DNA of 64,000 nt, from positions 1,888,001 to 1,952,000 of the forward strand of contig CBDDPY010000002.1 of the NCBI GenBank assembly GCA_965232515.1, given 5' to 3'. Made by a program: the position numbers and the translations under genes. Under the pieces are notes generated by a model. The model made no database searches and was not told where the DNA came from. It saw only the letters and a program-made list of their open reading frames with translations. This document shows positions 56,446 through 64,000 of this stretch, one piece after another. The stretch comes from Alphaproteobacteria bacterium. GTDB lineage: Bacteria > Pseudomonadota > Alphaproteobacteria > GCA-2731375. Each line of letters starts with the position of its first letter. Position 1 is the first letter of the stretch.

Positions 56446-57006
56446 ATGTCTGATTACAACCTCGATCGTTTTTCCGTTTTGGTTGTCGAAGACAACCGGT
56501 ATTTGCAGTCGCTGCTGGTGCAATCGCTGAAGGCGCTCGGAATCGGCACGATCATGACCGCCAGCGACGGCGGCGACGCGATCGACATGCTGCAGATGAT
56601 GGCGAAGGACCCGATGAAAGCCGGAGTCATGAACTACGATATCGTCATGGCCAACTGGCAGATGTCGCCGATCGACGGCCTCATGCTGCTGCGCTGGGTG
56701 CGCCGTTCCAAGGAATCGCCGCAGCGTTTCATCCCCTTCATCATGGTCACCGGCTATGCCGACAAGGATAAGGTCCAGGAAGCCCGCGACATGGGCGTGA
56801 CCGAGATCCTGGCCAAACCTTTTTCGGTGTCCACCATCGCGCAACGGCTGTTGCAGGTGATCGACCGGCCGCGGCAGTTCGTCCATACACCGAATTATTT
56901 CGGTCCCGACCGTCGTCGGCAGGACGTCGGCCGTCCCGACGGCCCGTGCCGCCGCAAGATCACGGAAGACGAAATCGACATTGTCTACGACTTCGGCACA
57001 AGCTAA
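56446..57006 (+). CDS. CheY-like receiver with Arg-rich C-terminal tail (Cle-type c-di-GMP effector-like)
   Basis: 'VLVVEDN', 'IVMANWQMSPIDG', 'IMVTG' and 'LAKPFS', followed by the tail 'PRQFVHTPNYFGPDRRR'. Confidence 0.82.
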   Translation: MSDYNLDRFSVLVVEDNRYLQSLLVQSLKALGIGTIMTASDGGDAIDMLQMMAKDPMKAGVMNYDIVMANWQMSPIDGLMLLRWVRRSKESPQRFIPFIMVTGYADKDKVQEARDMGVTEILAKPFSVSTIAQRLLQVIDRPRQFVHTPNYFGPDRRRQDVGRPDGPCRRKITEDEIDIVYDFGTS

Positions 57007-57535
57007 AGCCGACGGCGAGAAGACCGGCAAGCGCAAGGCGCCGGTTCGCTACTACCGCTTCACAAATCGCCTGAAAGAGAAGGCCGCGAACGGTGTCGGC
57101 CTGTCGTCTGGCGAGCAGGGCTCGATTGCGCTCGAGGCGTTGGAAGCGGCGGAAGCCGAATTCGACCGCATGTCCGAGGACTATCCGGACTGGGTCCAGG
57201 GTCATATCAAGCGCCTGAACGAGCATCTGGCGCAGTGCATCAGGTCGCCCGAGTCGCGGCACAACCAATTCAAGTCGCTGCAGGAAATCGCCCATGACAT
57301 GAAGGGTCAGGGCGGCACATTCGGCTACCCGCTGATCAGCCATTTTGGCGAATCGCTCTATGAGTTCAGCAAGCCCCGCGAGGCCTATTCCGACGACGAC
57401 GTGGAAATCGTCAAGGCCCATATCGACGCCATGAACGCCGTCATCAAAGGCCGGGTCAAAGGCAGCGGCGGTGAGATCGGCAAGGAGCTGTTGCTGTCCT
57501 TCAATGCCGCGATCAAAAAGCGCACCGAGGGATAG
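56981..57535 (+). CDS. Hpt-like histidine phosphotransfer domain protein
   Basis: 'IAHDMKGQGGTFGYPLIS' (HxxKG motif). The start is uncertain. Confidence 0.75.
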   Translation: MSTTSAQAKADGEKTGKRKAPVRYYRFTNRLKEKAANGVGLSSGEQGSIALEALEAAEAEFDRMSEDYPDWVQGHIKRLNEHLAQCIRSPESRHNQFKSLQEIAHDMKGQGGTFGYPLISHFGESLYEFSKPREAYSDDDVEIVKAHIDAMNAVIKGRVKGSGGEIGKELLLSFNAAIKKRTEG

Positions 57536-57612
57536 AACGAAACACGCCGCCACGAGCGACAAGCAAACGTTCCCGATACGGGGAACCGAGGAGCAAGACT
57601 AGGAAAGACGCA

Positions 57613-58434
57613 ATGAACGCCCTATCGAATTGCCGGATATCGGCAATGTTGCGTTCGACGCTGTTGGCCGGCGTCTCGGCCACGGCGATCATCCACCACG
57701 TTCCTGACGCCCATGCCGATATGCCGGTACAGATGAGTCTCGGCGGGCTGTTCAACGAAAACCTGCAAATGCTGCAGAACCCTGCGGCGGTACTGCCGGC
57801 GCCGGACGACGCCGATCGTATCGGCTATTTCACGCCCAGGGTGGCAGGACTTCGTCTCGGCGCCGCCTATGCCGCGGCGGCGGATCCGGGTTGCGGCGAA
57901 AACCGTTGCGGCGACGGCTTCGACGGCTTCGACCTGCCGCAATCGGCCGAGCGGCCGACGGACACCCTGAAACTCGGCGCCGACTACGCGAGCGCGGTCG
58001 CCGGCATTGATCTCAGTCTTCGTGCCGGCTACGGCGCGGCGATCGGTGCCGCCACGCCGCCCGAAGGCGACGAGAGTTGGGGCATGGGCGCCAGCCTGGG
58101 TTTTGCCGGCTTCACCGTGGGGGCCGCGCTTCTGCAGGACGGCGAGCGCTTCAATCCGACCGCGATCGGCGGTATCGACTACGTCATCGGCATGGTCTAC
58201 ACCGCGCCGACCTGGCGCGCGGCGCTGCAATACTCGGATACCGAACCGGTGTTGGAGACCGACGAGGCGCTGGCGCGCAACCGGACCATCGGGCTCGAGT
58301 TCTCCTACACGCCCAGCCCGCAAATGACCTTCTCCGGCGGCATCCAGTACGGCGATGTCGACGATGGCCGCGACCGGACCGTCGCCACGGACGACGACGT
58401 CTTCCTCCTGTTCGGCACCCGTATCGGATTCTAG
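57613..58434 (+). CDS. Porin-like outer-membrane beta-barrel protein
   Basis: Signal peptide ending 'AHA', 'IGYFTPRVAGLRLGAAY', amphipathic strands and a C-terminal Phe. Confidence 0.7.
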   Translation: MNALSNCRISAMLRSTLLAGVSATAIIHHVPDAHADMPVQMSLGGLFNENLQMLQNPAAVLPAPDDADRIGYFTPRVAGLRLGAAYAAAADPGCGENRCGDGFDGFDLPQSAERPTDTLKLGADYASAVAGIDLSLRAGYGAAIGAATPPEGDESWGMGASLGFAGFTVGAALLQDGERFNPTAIGGIDYVIGMVYTAPTWRAALQYSDTEPVLETDEALARNRTIGLEFSYTPSPQMTFSGGIQYGDVDDGRDRTVATDDDVFLLFGTRIGF

Positions 58435-58488
58435 CCCGCCCCTGCTATAACCAGTCTCGCGCCAACGGTTCGCGGGACAGGGTCATTC

Positions 58489-59313
58489 ATGGGCGGGATT
58501 ATCTGGCTGGCTTCCTATCCGAAGTCGGGGAACACCTGGATGCGGGCGTTCCTGCACAACCTGCTGCGCAATCCGGAACGGCCGGCCAACATCAACGAGC
58601 TCGATCAGTTCTGCCTGGGCGATTCCCAGGCCGGCTGGTACGAGCAGGTCTCAGGCCGCGACATCAAGAGCCTCAGTATCCGCGAGATCGCCGAATTGCG
58701 GCCGAAGGTGCACGAGGCTTTCACCCGTGCGCATCCCGACTCGGTCTTCGCCAAGACCCACAACATCCTCGGCAGCTTCGAAGGCGTGCCGCTGGTGAGC
58801 ATGCAGTACACCGTCGGTGCGGTCTACGTCGTGCGCAATCCGCTCGATGTCTCGATCTCGCTCGCCGACCATTACGGCATCTCCATCGACGAGGCGATCG
58901 AGATGCTCGGCAATCCGGACGCCGGCAGCGCCGGCGACGCCAACGTCTACGAGATCTACAACACCTGGTCGCGGCACGTCGAAAGCTGGACCCATCAGGA
59001 ATCGGATTCGCTGATCTGGCTGCGTTACGAGGACATGCTCGCCAAGCCGGTCAAGAGCTTCGGCCAGGTCGCCAGGTTCCTGCGCATCGATCCGCCGCGC
59101 CAGCGGCTCGACAAGGCGATCAAGTTTTCCTCGTTCAAGGTCCTGCGCCGGCAGGAGGAGCAGTCCGGCTTCCGCGAGCGCAGCTCCTTCTCCGAGCGCT
59201 TCTTCCGCGCCGGCCGCGCCGGCCAGTGGCGCAAGGCCCTGACGCCGGCCCAGGTCGACGCCGTCGTCGCCGCGCATCACGCACAGATGGAGCGCTTCGG
59301 CTACCTGCCCTGA
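58489..59313 (+). CDS. PAPS-dependent sulfotransferase
   Basis: 'LASYPKSGNTW', 'YVVRNPLDVSIS', 'LRYEDM' and 'FFRAGRAGQW'. Confidence 0.92.
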   Translation: MGGIIWLASYPKSGNTWMRAFLHNLLRNPERPANINELDQFCLGDSQAGWYEQVSGRDIKSLSIREIAELRPKVHEAFTRAHPDSVFAKTHNILGSFEGVPLVSMQYTVGAVYVVRNPLDVSISLADHYGISIDEAIEMLGNPDAGSAGDANVYEIYNTWSRHVESWTHQESDSLIWLRYEDMLAKPVKSFGQVARFLRIDPPRQRLDKAIKFSSFKVLRRQEEQSGFRERSSFSERFFRAGRAGQWRKALTPAQVDAVVAAHHAQMERFGYLP

Positions 59314-59334
59314 CCGCGGCAATGGAGTAGAGCC

Positions 59335-60225
59335 ATGAGCATCGAACGCATCGCCATCATCGGCGCCGGTGATATGGGTCACAAGGTCGGCCGGGCGCTG
59401 CACGACAGCGGCATCGAGGTGATCACCTGCCTCGCCGGCCGCAGCGCCCGTACGCGCGGCCTGGCCGAGGCCGCCGGCATGCGCGACGTGCCGGACCTCC
59501 CTGCACTGGTCGACACGGCCGACCTCGTGCTCTCCATCGTGCCGCCGGCGGTTGCCGTCGATGTCGGTGAGCGCGTCGCCGCGGCGCTGGGCGAAACCGA
59601 CGCCCGCCCGCCGTTCGCGGACTGCAACGCCGTCTCGCCGCGGACCGTGCAAACCATCGGCGCCACCGTCACCGCCACCGGCGCGCCCTTCATCGACGCC
59701 GGCATCGTCGGCTACGGCCCCGGCGGCGCCGCGCCGACCCGGTTCTACGTCAGCGGTCCGGACGTATCGCCGATGGACGTGCTCGACGGCAAGGGCATGC
59801 TGGTCAAGCAGTTGGGACCTGAGATCGGGCGGGCGTCGGCCATGAAGATGTGCTTCGCCGGTCTCAACAAGGGCCGGTTCTCGCTTTACACCGCCGTGAT
59901 GGTCGCGGCCGAGGCGCTCGGGCTCAGCGCCGAGCTTCGCGACGAGTTCGCCTCCAGCCAGCCGGATACGCTCGCGGCCATCGAGCGCCTGCTACCGCGC
60001 CTGCCGGCCGACGCCGAACGCTGGGCGCCGGAGATGGACGAGATCGCCGCCACCTTCGCTTCGGTTGGCGTGACGCCCGGCTTCCATGAAGGTGCGGCCG
60101 ACATCCTGCGCCTGCTGGCAACGACGCCGTTTGCGGCCGAGACCCGCGAGACCATCGACCCCAACCGCGGCCTCGAGGAATCGGTCCGGGTCTACGCGGC
60201 GCATCTACCGAAAAAGGAAGGATAG
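59335..60225 (+). CDS. NAD(P)-dependent beta-hydroxyacid dehydrogenase-like protein (DUF1932 C-terminus)
   Basis: 'IIGAGDMG', 'DCNAVSP', 'GRASAMKMC' and 'RWAPEMDEIA'. Confidence 0.85.
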   Translation: MSIERIAIIGAGDMGHKVGRALHDSGIEVITCLAGRSARTRGLAEAAGMRDVPDLPALVDTADLVLSIVPPAVAVDVGERVAAALGETDARPPFADCNAVSPRTVQTIGATVTATGAPFIDAGIVGYGPGGAAPTRFYVSGPDVSPMDVLDGKGMLVKQLGPEIGRASAMKMCFAGLNKGRFSLYTAVMVAAEALGLSAELRDEFASSQPDTLAAIERLLPRLPADAERWAPEMDEIAATFASVGVTPGFHEGAADILRLLATTPFAAETRETIDPNRGLEESVRVYAAHLPKKEG

Positions 60226-60230
60226 CCGCC

Positions 60231-61010
60231 ATGGATATCAGCGGCGGAGCCGCCATCGTCACCGGCGCCGGCACCGGCATGGGCGCGGCCACCGCGCGCC
60301 GGTTCGCCGAACTCGGCTGCAACGTCGTGGTCAACTGTCCCATCGGCGGCGAGGACGCGGCGGCGACCGTCGCGGCCTGCGAGGCGGCCGGCGTTTCGGC
60401 GGTGCTGGTCAAGGGCGACGTCACCTCGGACGCCGATTGCCGTGCGCTCGCGCAGACGGCGATGGATAGCTGGGGTCGCATCGATGCGCTGGTGAACTGC
60501 GCCGGCATCACCCGCTTCGTCGCCCACGACGATCTCGACGGACTCGACAAGCAGGACTTCCACGACATCTACGACGTCAACGTGGTCGGCGGCTTCCAGA
60601 CTATCCGCGCGGTCGCGCCGCACATGAAACAGGCCGGCCGCGGCGCCGTGGTCAACATCGCGTCAACCGCCGGCCTCGACGGCGCCGGCTCGTCGGTCGC
60701 CTACGCCGCCTCCAAGGGCGCGGTGATCACCATGACCAAGAGCCTCGCCCGCGCGCTGGCGCCGGAGGTCCGGGTGAACTGCATCTGCCCCGGCTTCGTC
60801 GCCACCGGCTGGGTCACCCGCGGCCTTGGCGCCGACGGCTTCGAACGCACCAAGGCCAGCTTCGACCAGATGCTGCCGTTGAAACGCAGCGGCACCGCCG
60901 ACGACATCGCCAACGCCGCCGTCTGGATCTGCACCTCGGCCGACTTCATGACCGGCGAAGCCATGCTCCTCGACGGCGGCCAACGCCTCGGCGTCAACGC
61001 GACGATCTGA
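60231..61010 (+). CDS. Short-chain dehydrogenase/reductase
   Basis: 'TGAGTGMG', 'VNCAG' and 'YAASK'. Confidence 0.92.
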   Translation: MDISGGAAIVTGAGTGMGAATARRFAELGCNVVVNCPIGGEDAAATVAACEAAGVSAVLVKGDVTSDADCRALAQTAMDSWGRIDALVNCAGITRFVAHDDLDGLDKQDFHDIYDVNVVGGFQTIRAVAPHMKQAGRGAVVNIASTAGLDGAGSSVAYAASKGAVITMTKSLARALAPEVRVNCICPGFVATGWVTRGLGADGFERTKASFDQMLPLKRSGTADDIANAAVWICTSADFMTGEAMLLDGGQRLGVNATI

Positions 61011-61053
61011 CGTCGGTTCGCCGTCGTCCAATTGTTGAAAGGAGGGCAGCAAC

Positions 61054-61491
61054 ATGGATGACTTCCACGTCGCCGTCGGCGAGGAGACCCGCTTCGCCAA
61101 GACCATCGGCGAGAGCGACATCTACGGCTTCGCCGGCATCACCGGCGACTTCGCCGCGCCGCACCTGAACGAGGAATACATGAAGGCCTCGCCCTTCGGC
61201 CATCGGGTCGCGCACGGGGCCATGCTGGTCGGCTTCATGTCGACGGCGTCCGCCATGATGGCGAACCGCGTCATGCACCCCGGCAGCACCGTGACGCCGA
61301 TGTCCGTCGGCTACGACCGGGTCCGGTTCACCGCGCCGGTCTATATCGGCGACACCGTGACCGTCACCTACCGCATCAGCGAAATCGATCCAGCCCGCAA
61401 CCGCAGCCGCGCGGCGCTCACCGCCGTCAACCAGAACGGCGAAACCGTCGGCGTGGCCGAGCACATCATGCAATGGGTGCCGAACGCCTGA
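61054..61491 (+). CDS. MaoC-like hotdog-fold dehydratase
   Basis: 'FAGITGDFAAPHLNEEY...FGHRVAHG' and 'FTAPVYIGDT'. Confidence 0.9.
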   Translation: MDDFHVAVGEETRFAKTIGESDIYGFAGITGDFAAPHLNEEYMKASPFGHRVAHGAMLVGFMSTASAMMANRVMHPGSTVTPMSVGYDRVRFTAPVYIGDTVTVTYRISEIDPARNRSRAALTAVNQNGETVGVAEHIMQWVPNA

Positions 61492-61506
61492 CCGGTTTGC
61501 CCCAGA

Positions 61507-61986
61507 CTAGATTGCCGCTTCCGCCACGCCGAACCGCGCCCGCCGGGCATCGCCCATCAGGCTTTCGAAGCGCTTGGATGTCACGTGCACCAAGCTGGCA
61601 TGATCGCCGCCCTCGAAATAGACATCCGGTTGTGACGTCAGACTGTCGTCAAAGATAACGTCGACACCGTACGCCGCGCCGATGGCCGGCACGGCGCCCA
61701 GGTCGCAGTCGTCGAACAGCTCCCCGATTTCCGCTTCCGTCGCCAGCGCCAGATCCTGCTGCAGCCAGTCTTCCAGGTCATGCAGTTGAATCCGATGCGA
61801 GGCCGGCAGCACCGCCAGCAGATACCCGTCATCGCCCTTCAGCAACACCGCCTTGGCGATGCGCTCGCTGGCGATATGGCTCACCGCTGCCGTCTCGATG
61901 GCGGATTCCGTGTGCCGGTGAGTGACGACGTCATAGTCGACATGCTGATTGTCGAGATACGCCTGCAATGTGATCGCGATTGCCAT
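61507..61986 (-). CDS. YbaK/ProX aminoacyl-tRNA deacylase-like protein
   Basis: 'IAKAVLL', 'LATEAEI', 'DCDLGAVPAIG' and 'YFEGGDH'. Confidence 0.88.
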   Translation of the reverse strand: MAIAITLQAYLDNQHVDYDVVTHRHTESAIETAAVSHIASERIAKAVLLKGDDGYLLAVLPASHRIQLHDLEDWLQQDLALATEAEIGELFDDCDLGAVPAIGAAYGVDVIFDDSLTSQPDVYFEGGDHASLVHVTSKRFESLMGDARRARFGVAEAAI

Positions 61987-62079
61987 GATCATCTCCCTCA
62001 CGATCCGTGCGCGCTGCCGCCGGCAGCATCCGCACGCAGGTCACCATCGCAACGGTGACGTGGCTGGCGTTGCATTGCG

Positions 62080-62093
62080 TTGACCTTCATCAA
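62080..62093. promoter_or_regulatory. FNR/FixK-type box
   Basis: TTGAC-CTTC-ATCAA compared with the consensus TTGAT-N4-ATCAA, in the divergent ybaK-like/GYD intergenic region. Confidence 0.6.
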
Positions 62094-62248
62094 AGCCCGC
62101 CGACGGAAGTCGGTCTAGGTTCGCAATGTCGCCGCGCCTTGCGGCGTCCCATCAAGCTTCAGTGTCGTGCCGTGCGTCTCGTGTTTTCGGGCAGCCGGCT
62201 GCTGGCGTTGCCGGCGGCCCGCAACCATCGAAACCGAAGGAGGAAAGC

Positions 62249-62581
62249 ATGGGACACTATGCCATGCTGTTCAATTACACCGAGAAGAGCGCCGCCGCCT
62301 TGGCGGCAAACCCGCAGGATCGCGCCGCCGAGGCCGCCAATCTGTTCGAGTCCGTGGGCGGCAAACTGCACCAGTACTATTTCGCCATCGGCGAATATGA
62401 CGGCCTGGTCATTGCCGAGGTGCCCGATACCGTGAGCTATGCCGCGTTGGCGCTCGCCGTCGCCGGGACGGGATCGATCACCAATCTGCGCGGCCTCCCG
62501 CTGCTGACCATGGACGACGCCATGCAGGCCATGCGCAAGGCCGGCGAACTGGTCCAGAGCTACCGTCCGCCCGCAGGCTGA
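62249..62581 (+). CDS. GYD-domain protein
   Basis: 'ESVGGKLHQYYFAIGEYDGLVIAEVPD', with a GGAGG RBS. Confidence 0.85.
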   Translation: MGHYAMLFNYTEKSAAALAANPQDRAAEAANLFESVGGKLHQYYFAIGEYDGLVIAEVPDTVSYAALALAVAGTGSITNLRGLPLLTMDDAMQAMRKAGELVQSYRPPAG

Positions 62582-62588
62582 CGCGCCG

Positions 62589-64000
62589 CTACTCCGCCGC
62601 GGCCTCCCCGCCGCGAAGGCGGCCGGTCGCGGCGGCATCGACGCTACCGTCGGCCGTAATCGCGACGCCATACATTGCCGCGGCCTGTTCGGGCGTGTAG
62701 TAGCCGCGGGCGACGTCGCGGGCGACGAGCGCCGGGTCGCGCTGCAACGGATCGCCGTAGCCGCCACCGCCCGGCGTCGATACCTCGATCACGTCGCCGG
62801 GACCGACCTGGATGTCCTGGTCCTTCGACAGGTGCGGCGGCACGTAGGTCTCGCCGTCGCGGTGGATCGCCACCCGGTTGACCCCGCCGTCGGCGCCGCC
62901 GAGCACGCCCTGCGGACCATAGCGGCCATGGTCCATGACCATCGAGGCCCGAGCCCAGCCGTCGCGGATGCGGATCGTGTAGTCGACACCGAAGCCACCG
63001 CGCTGCCGGCCTGGCCCGCCGGAGCCTTCGCTGAGGGCGAACCGCTCGAACAGCACGGGATAGCGCTGCTCCAGCACCTCGACAGGCTGCATGGTCGAGA
63101 TGCCGATGGTCGAGCAGCCGTTCGACAGTCCGTCGCCGTCCTTCGCGCCGCCATAGCCGCCGCCGGTGAAGAGATACATCACGTAGGGCTTGTCCTTGCC
63201 GGGATCGTGGCCGCCCAGCGCGAAGTTGCCGCTGGTGCCGGCCGGCGCCGCGAACAGGATGTCGGGGATCGCCTGCACCAGGGCCGCGAACACGGCCTCG
63301 GCGATACGTTGGCTGACCTCGGCCGCGCAGCCCGATACCGGCCGCGGATAACGCGCATAGAGGAACGTGCTGTCGGGGTCGGTAATGTGCAGCGGCTCGT
63401 AGGTGCCGGCGTTGATCGGCACTTCGGGAAAGATGTGCTTCATCGCCAGATAGATCGACGAGCGCGTCGAGGCGATGACGCTGTTCATCGGCCCCTTACA
63501 GGGCGGGCTCGAACCGGACAGATCGAAATAGAGCTCGGTGCCTTCTTTGCGGATCTTCATGTCGATCTTCAGCGGCTCGTCGACGACGCCGTCGGAATCG
63601 ACCCAGGCGACGCTCTCATAGCTGCCGTCCGGAATGGTCGCGATCTTGGCGCGCATCTGCTGCGCCGCCCGCGCCCGCATCTCGGTGATGCAGTCCTCGA
63701 CCATACCGGCGCCATAGCGGTCGAGCAGCGCCGTCAGCCGCTTCTCGCCCACCGACAGCGCCGCGACCTGCGCCTTGATGTCGCCGATGGTCTGATCGGC
63801 GATGCGGATGTTGGACATGATGATCGCCAGGATCTCCTCGTCCAGCACACCCGCCTTGTAGAGCTTGACCGGCGGCAGCCGCAGCCCCTCCTGCTCGACT
63901 TCGGTGGCGTTCGCCGAGAAGCCGCCCGGCACCGCGCCGCCGGTATCGCGCCAGTGGCCGGTATTCGACAGCCAGCAGAAGATCTCGCCGTCGTAATAGA
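62589..64000 (-). CDS. Hydantoinase B/5-oxoprolinase subunit (5' truncated by window edge)
   Basis: 'QEGLRLPPVKL', 'GGGYGG', 'PVEVLEQRYP', 'SGGPGRQRGG' and 'TPGGGGYGDP'. Confidence 0.92.
   Translation of the reverse strand, partial: YYDGEIFCWLSNTGHWRDTGGAVPGGFSANATEVEQEGLRLPPVKLYKAGVLDEEILAIIMSNIRIADQTIGDIKAQVAALSVGEKRLTALLDRYGAGMVEDCITEMRARAAQQMRAKIATIPDGSYESVAWVDSDGVVDEPLKIDMKIRKEGTELYFDLSGSSPPCKGPMNSVIASTRSSIYLAMKHIFPEVPINAGTYEPLHITDPDSTFLYARYPRPVSGCAAEVSQRIAEAVFAALVQAIPDILFAAPAGTSGNFALGGHDPGKDKPYVMYLFTGGGYGGAKDGDGLSNGCSTIGISTMQPVEVLEQRYPVLFERFALSEGSGGPGRQRGGFGVDYTIRIRDGWARASMVMDHGRYGPQGVLGGADGGVNRVAIHRDGETYVPPHLSKDQDIQVGPGDVIEVSTPGGGGYGDPLQRDPALVARDVARGYYTPEQAAAMYGVAITADGSVDAAATGRLRGGEAAAE

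Overview
A 64-kb, GC-rich window that looks alphaproteobacterial (Rhodospirillales/Caulobacterales-like flagellar regulation). All calls come from reading motifs and from recalled family knowledge; no database search was run. Bases 1-22.9 kb form a flagellar filament island. It holds a probable FlgN-type chaperone end, flaG, two flaF, flbT and three short flagellins, each with its own sigma-54 promoter. Embedded among them are a Rickettsia-PKMT-like methyltransferase, a TPR/OGT-like (GT41) glycosyltransferase, an 11-gene unusual sugar-biosynthesis cluster and a FlaEY-like beta-propeller protein. The methyltransferase and glycosyltransferase each have a perfect CtrA box directly upstream, so the island is a candidate for an undescribed dual methylation plus glycosylation system for flagellin. 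The rest is mixed accessory metabolism: a kinase with a divergent enolase, an ATP-grasp/alpha-E/transglutaminase trio, a polar amino-acid ABC transporter, MoxR-vWA, a membrane adenylate cyclase, an ABC exporter, catabolic oxidoreductases, an ECF42-type sigma cassette and a Cle-like receiver with an Hpt partner. A clear c-di-GMP-I (GEMM) riboswitch, preceded by a perfect CtrA box, sits in front of an orphan mlaC-like gene. Four palindromic repeat elements are present. No rRNA, tRNA, CRISPR array, transposase or prophage was seen.
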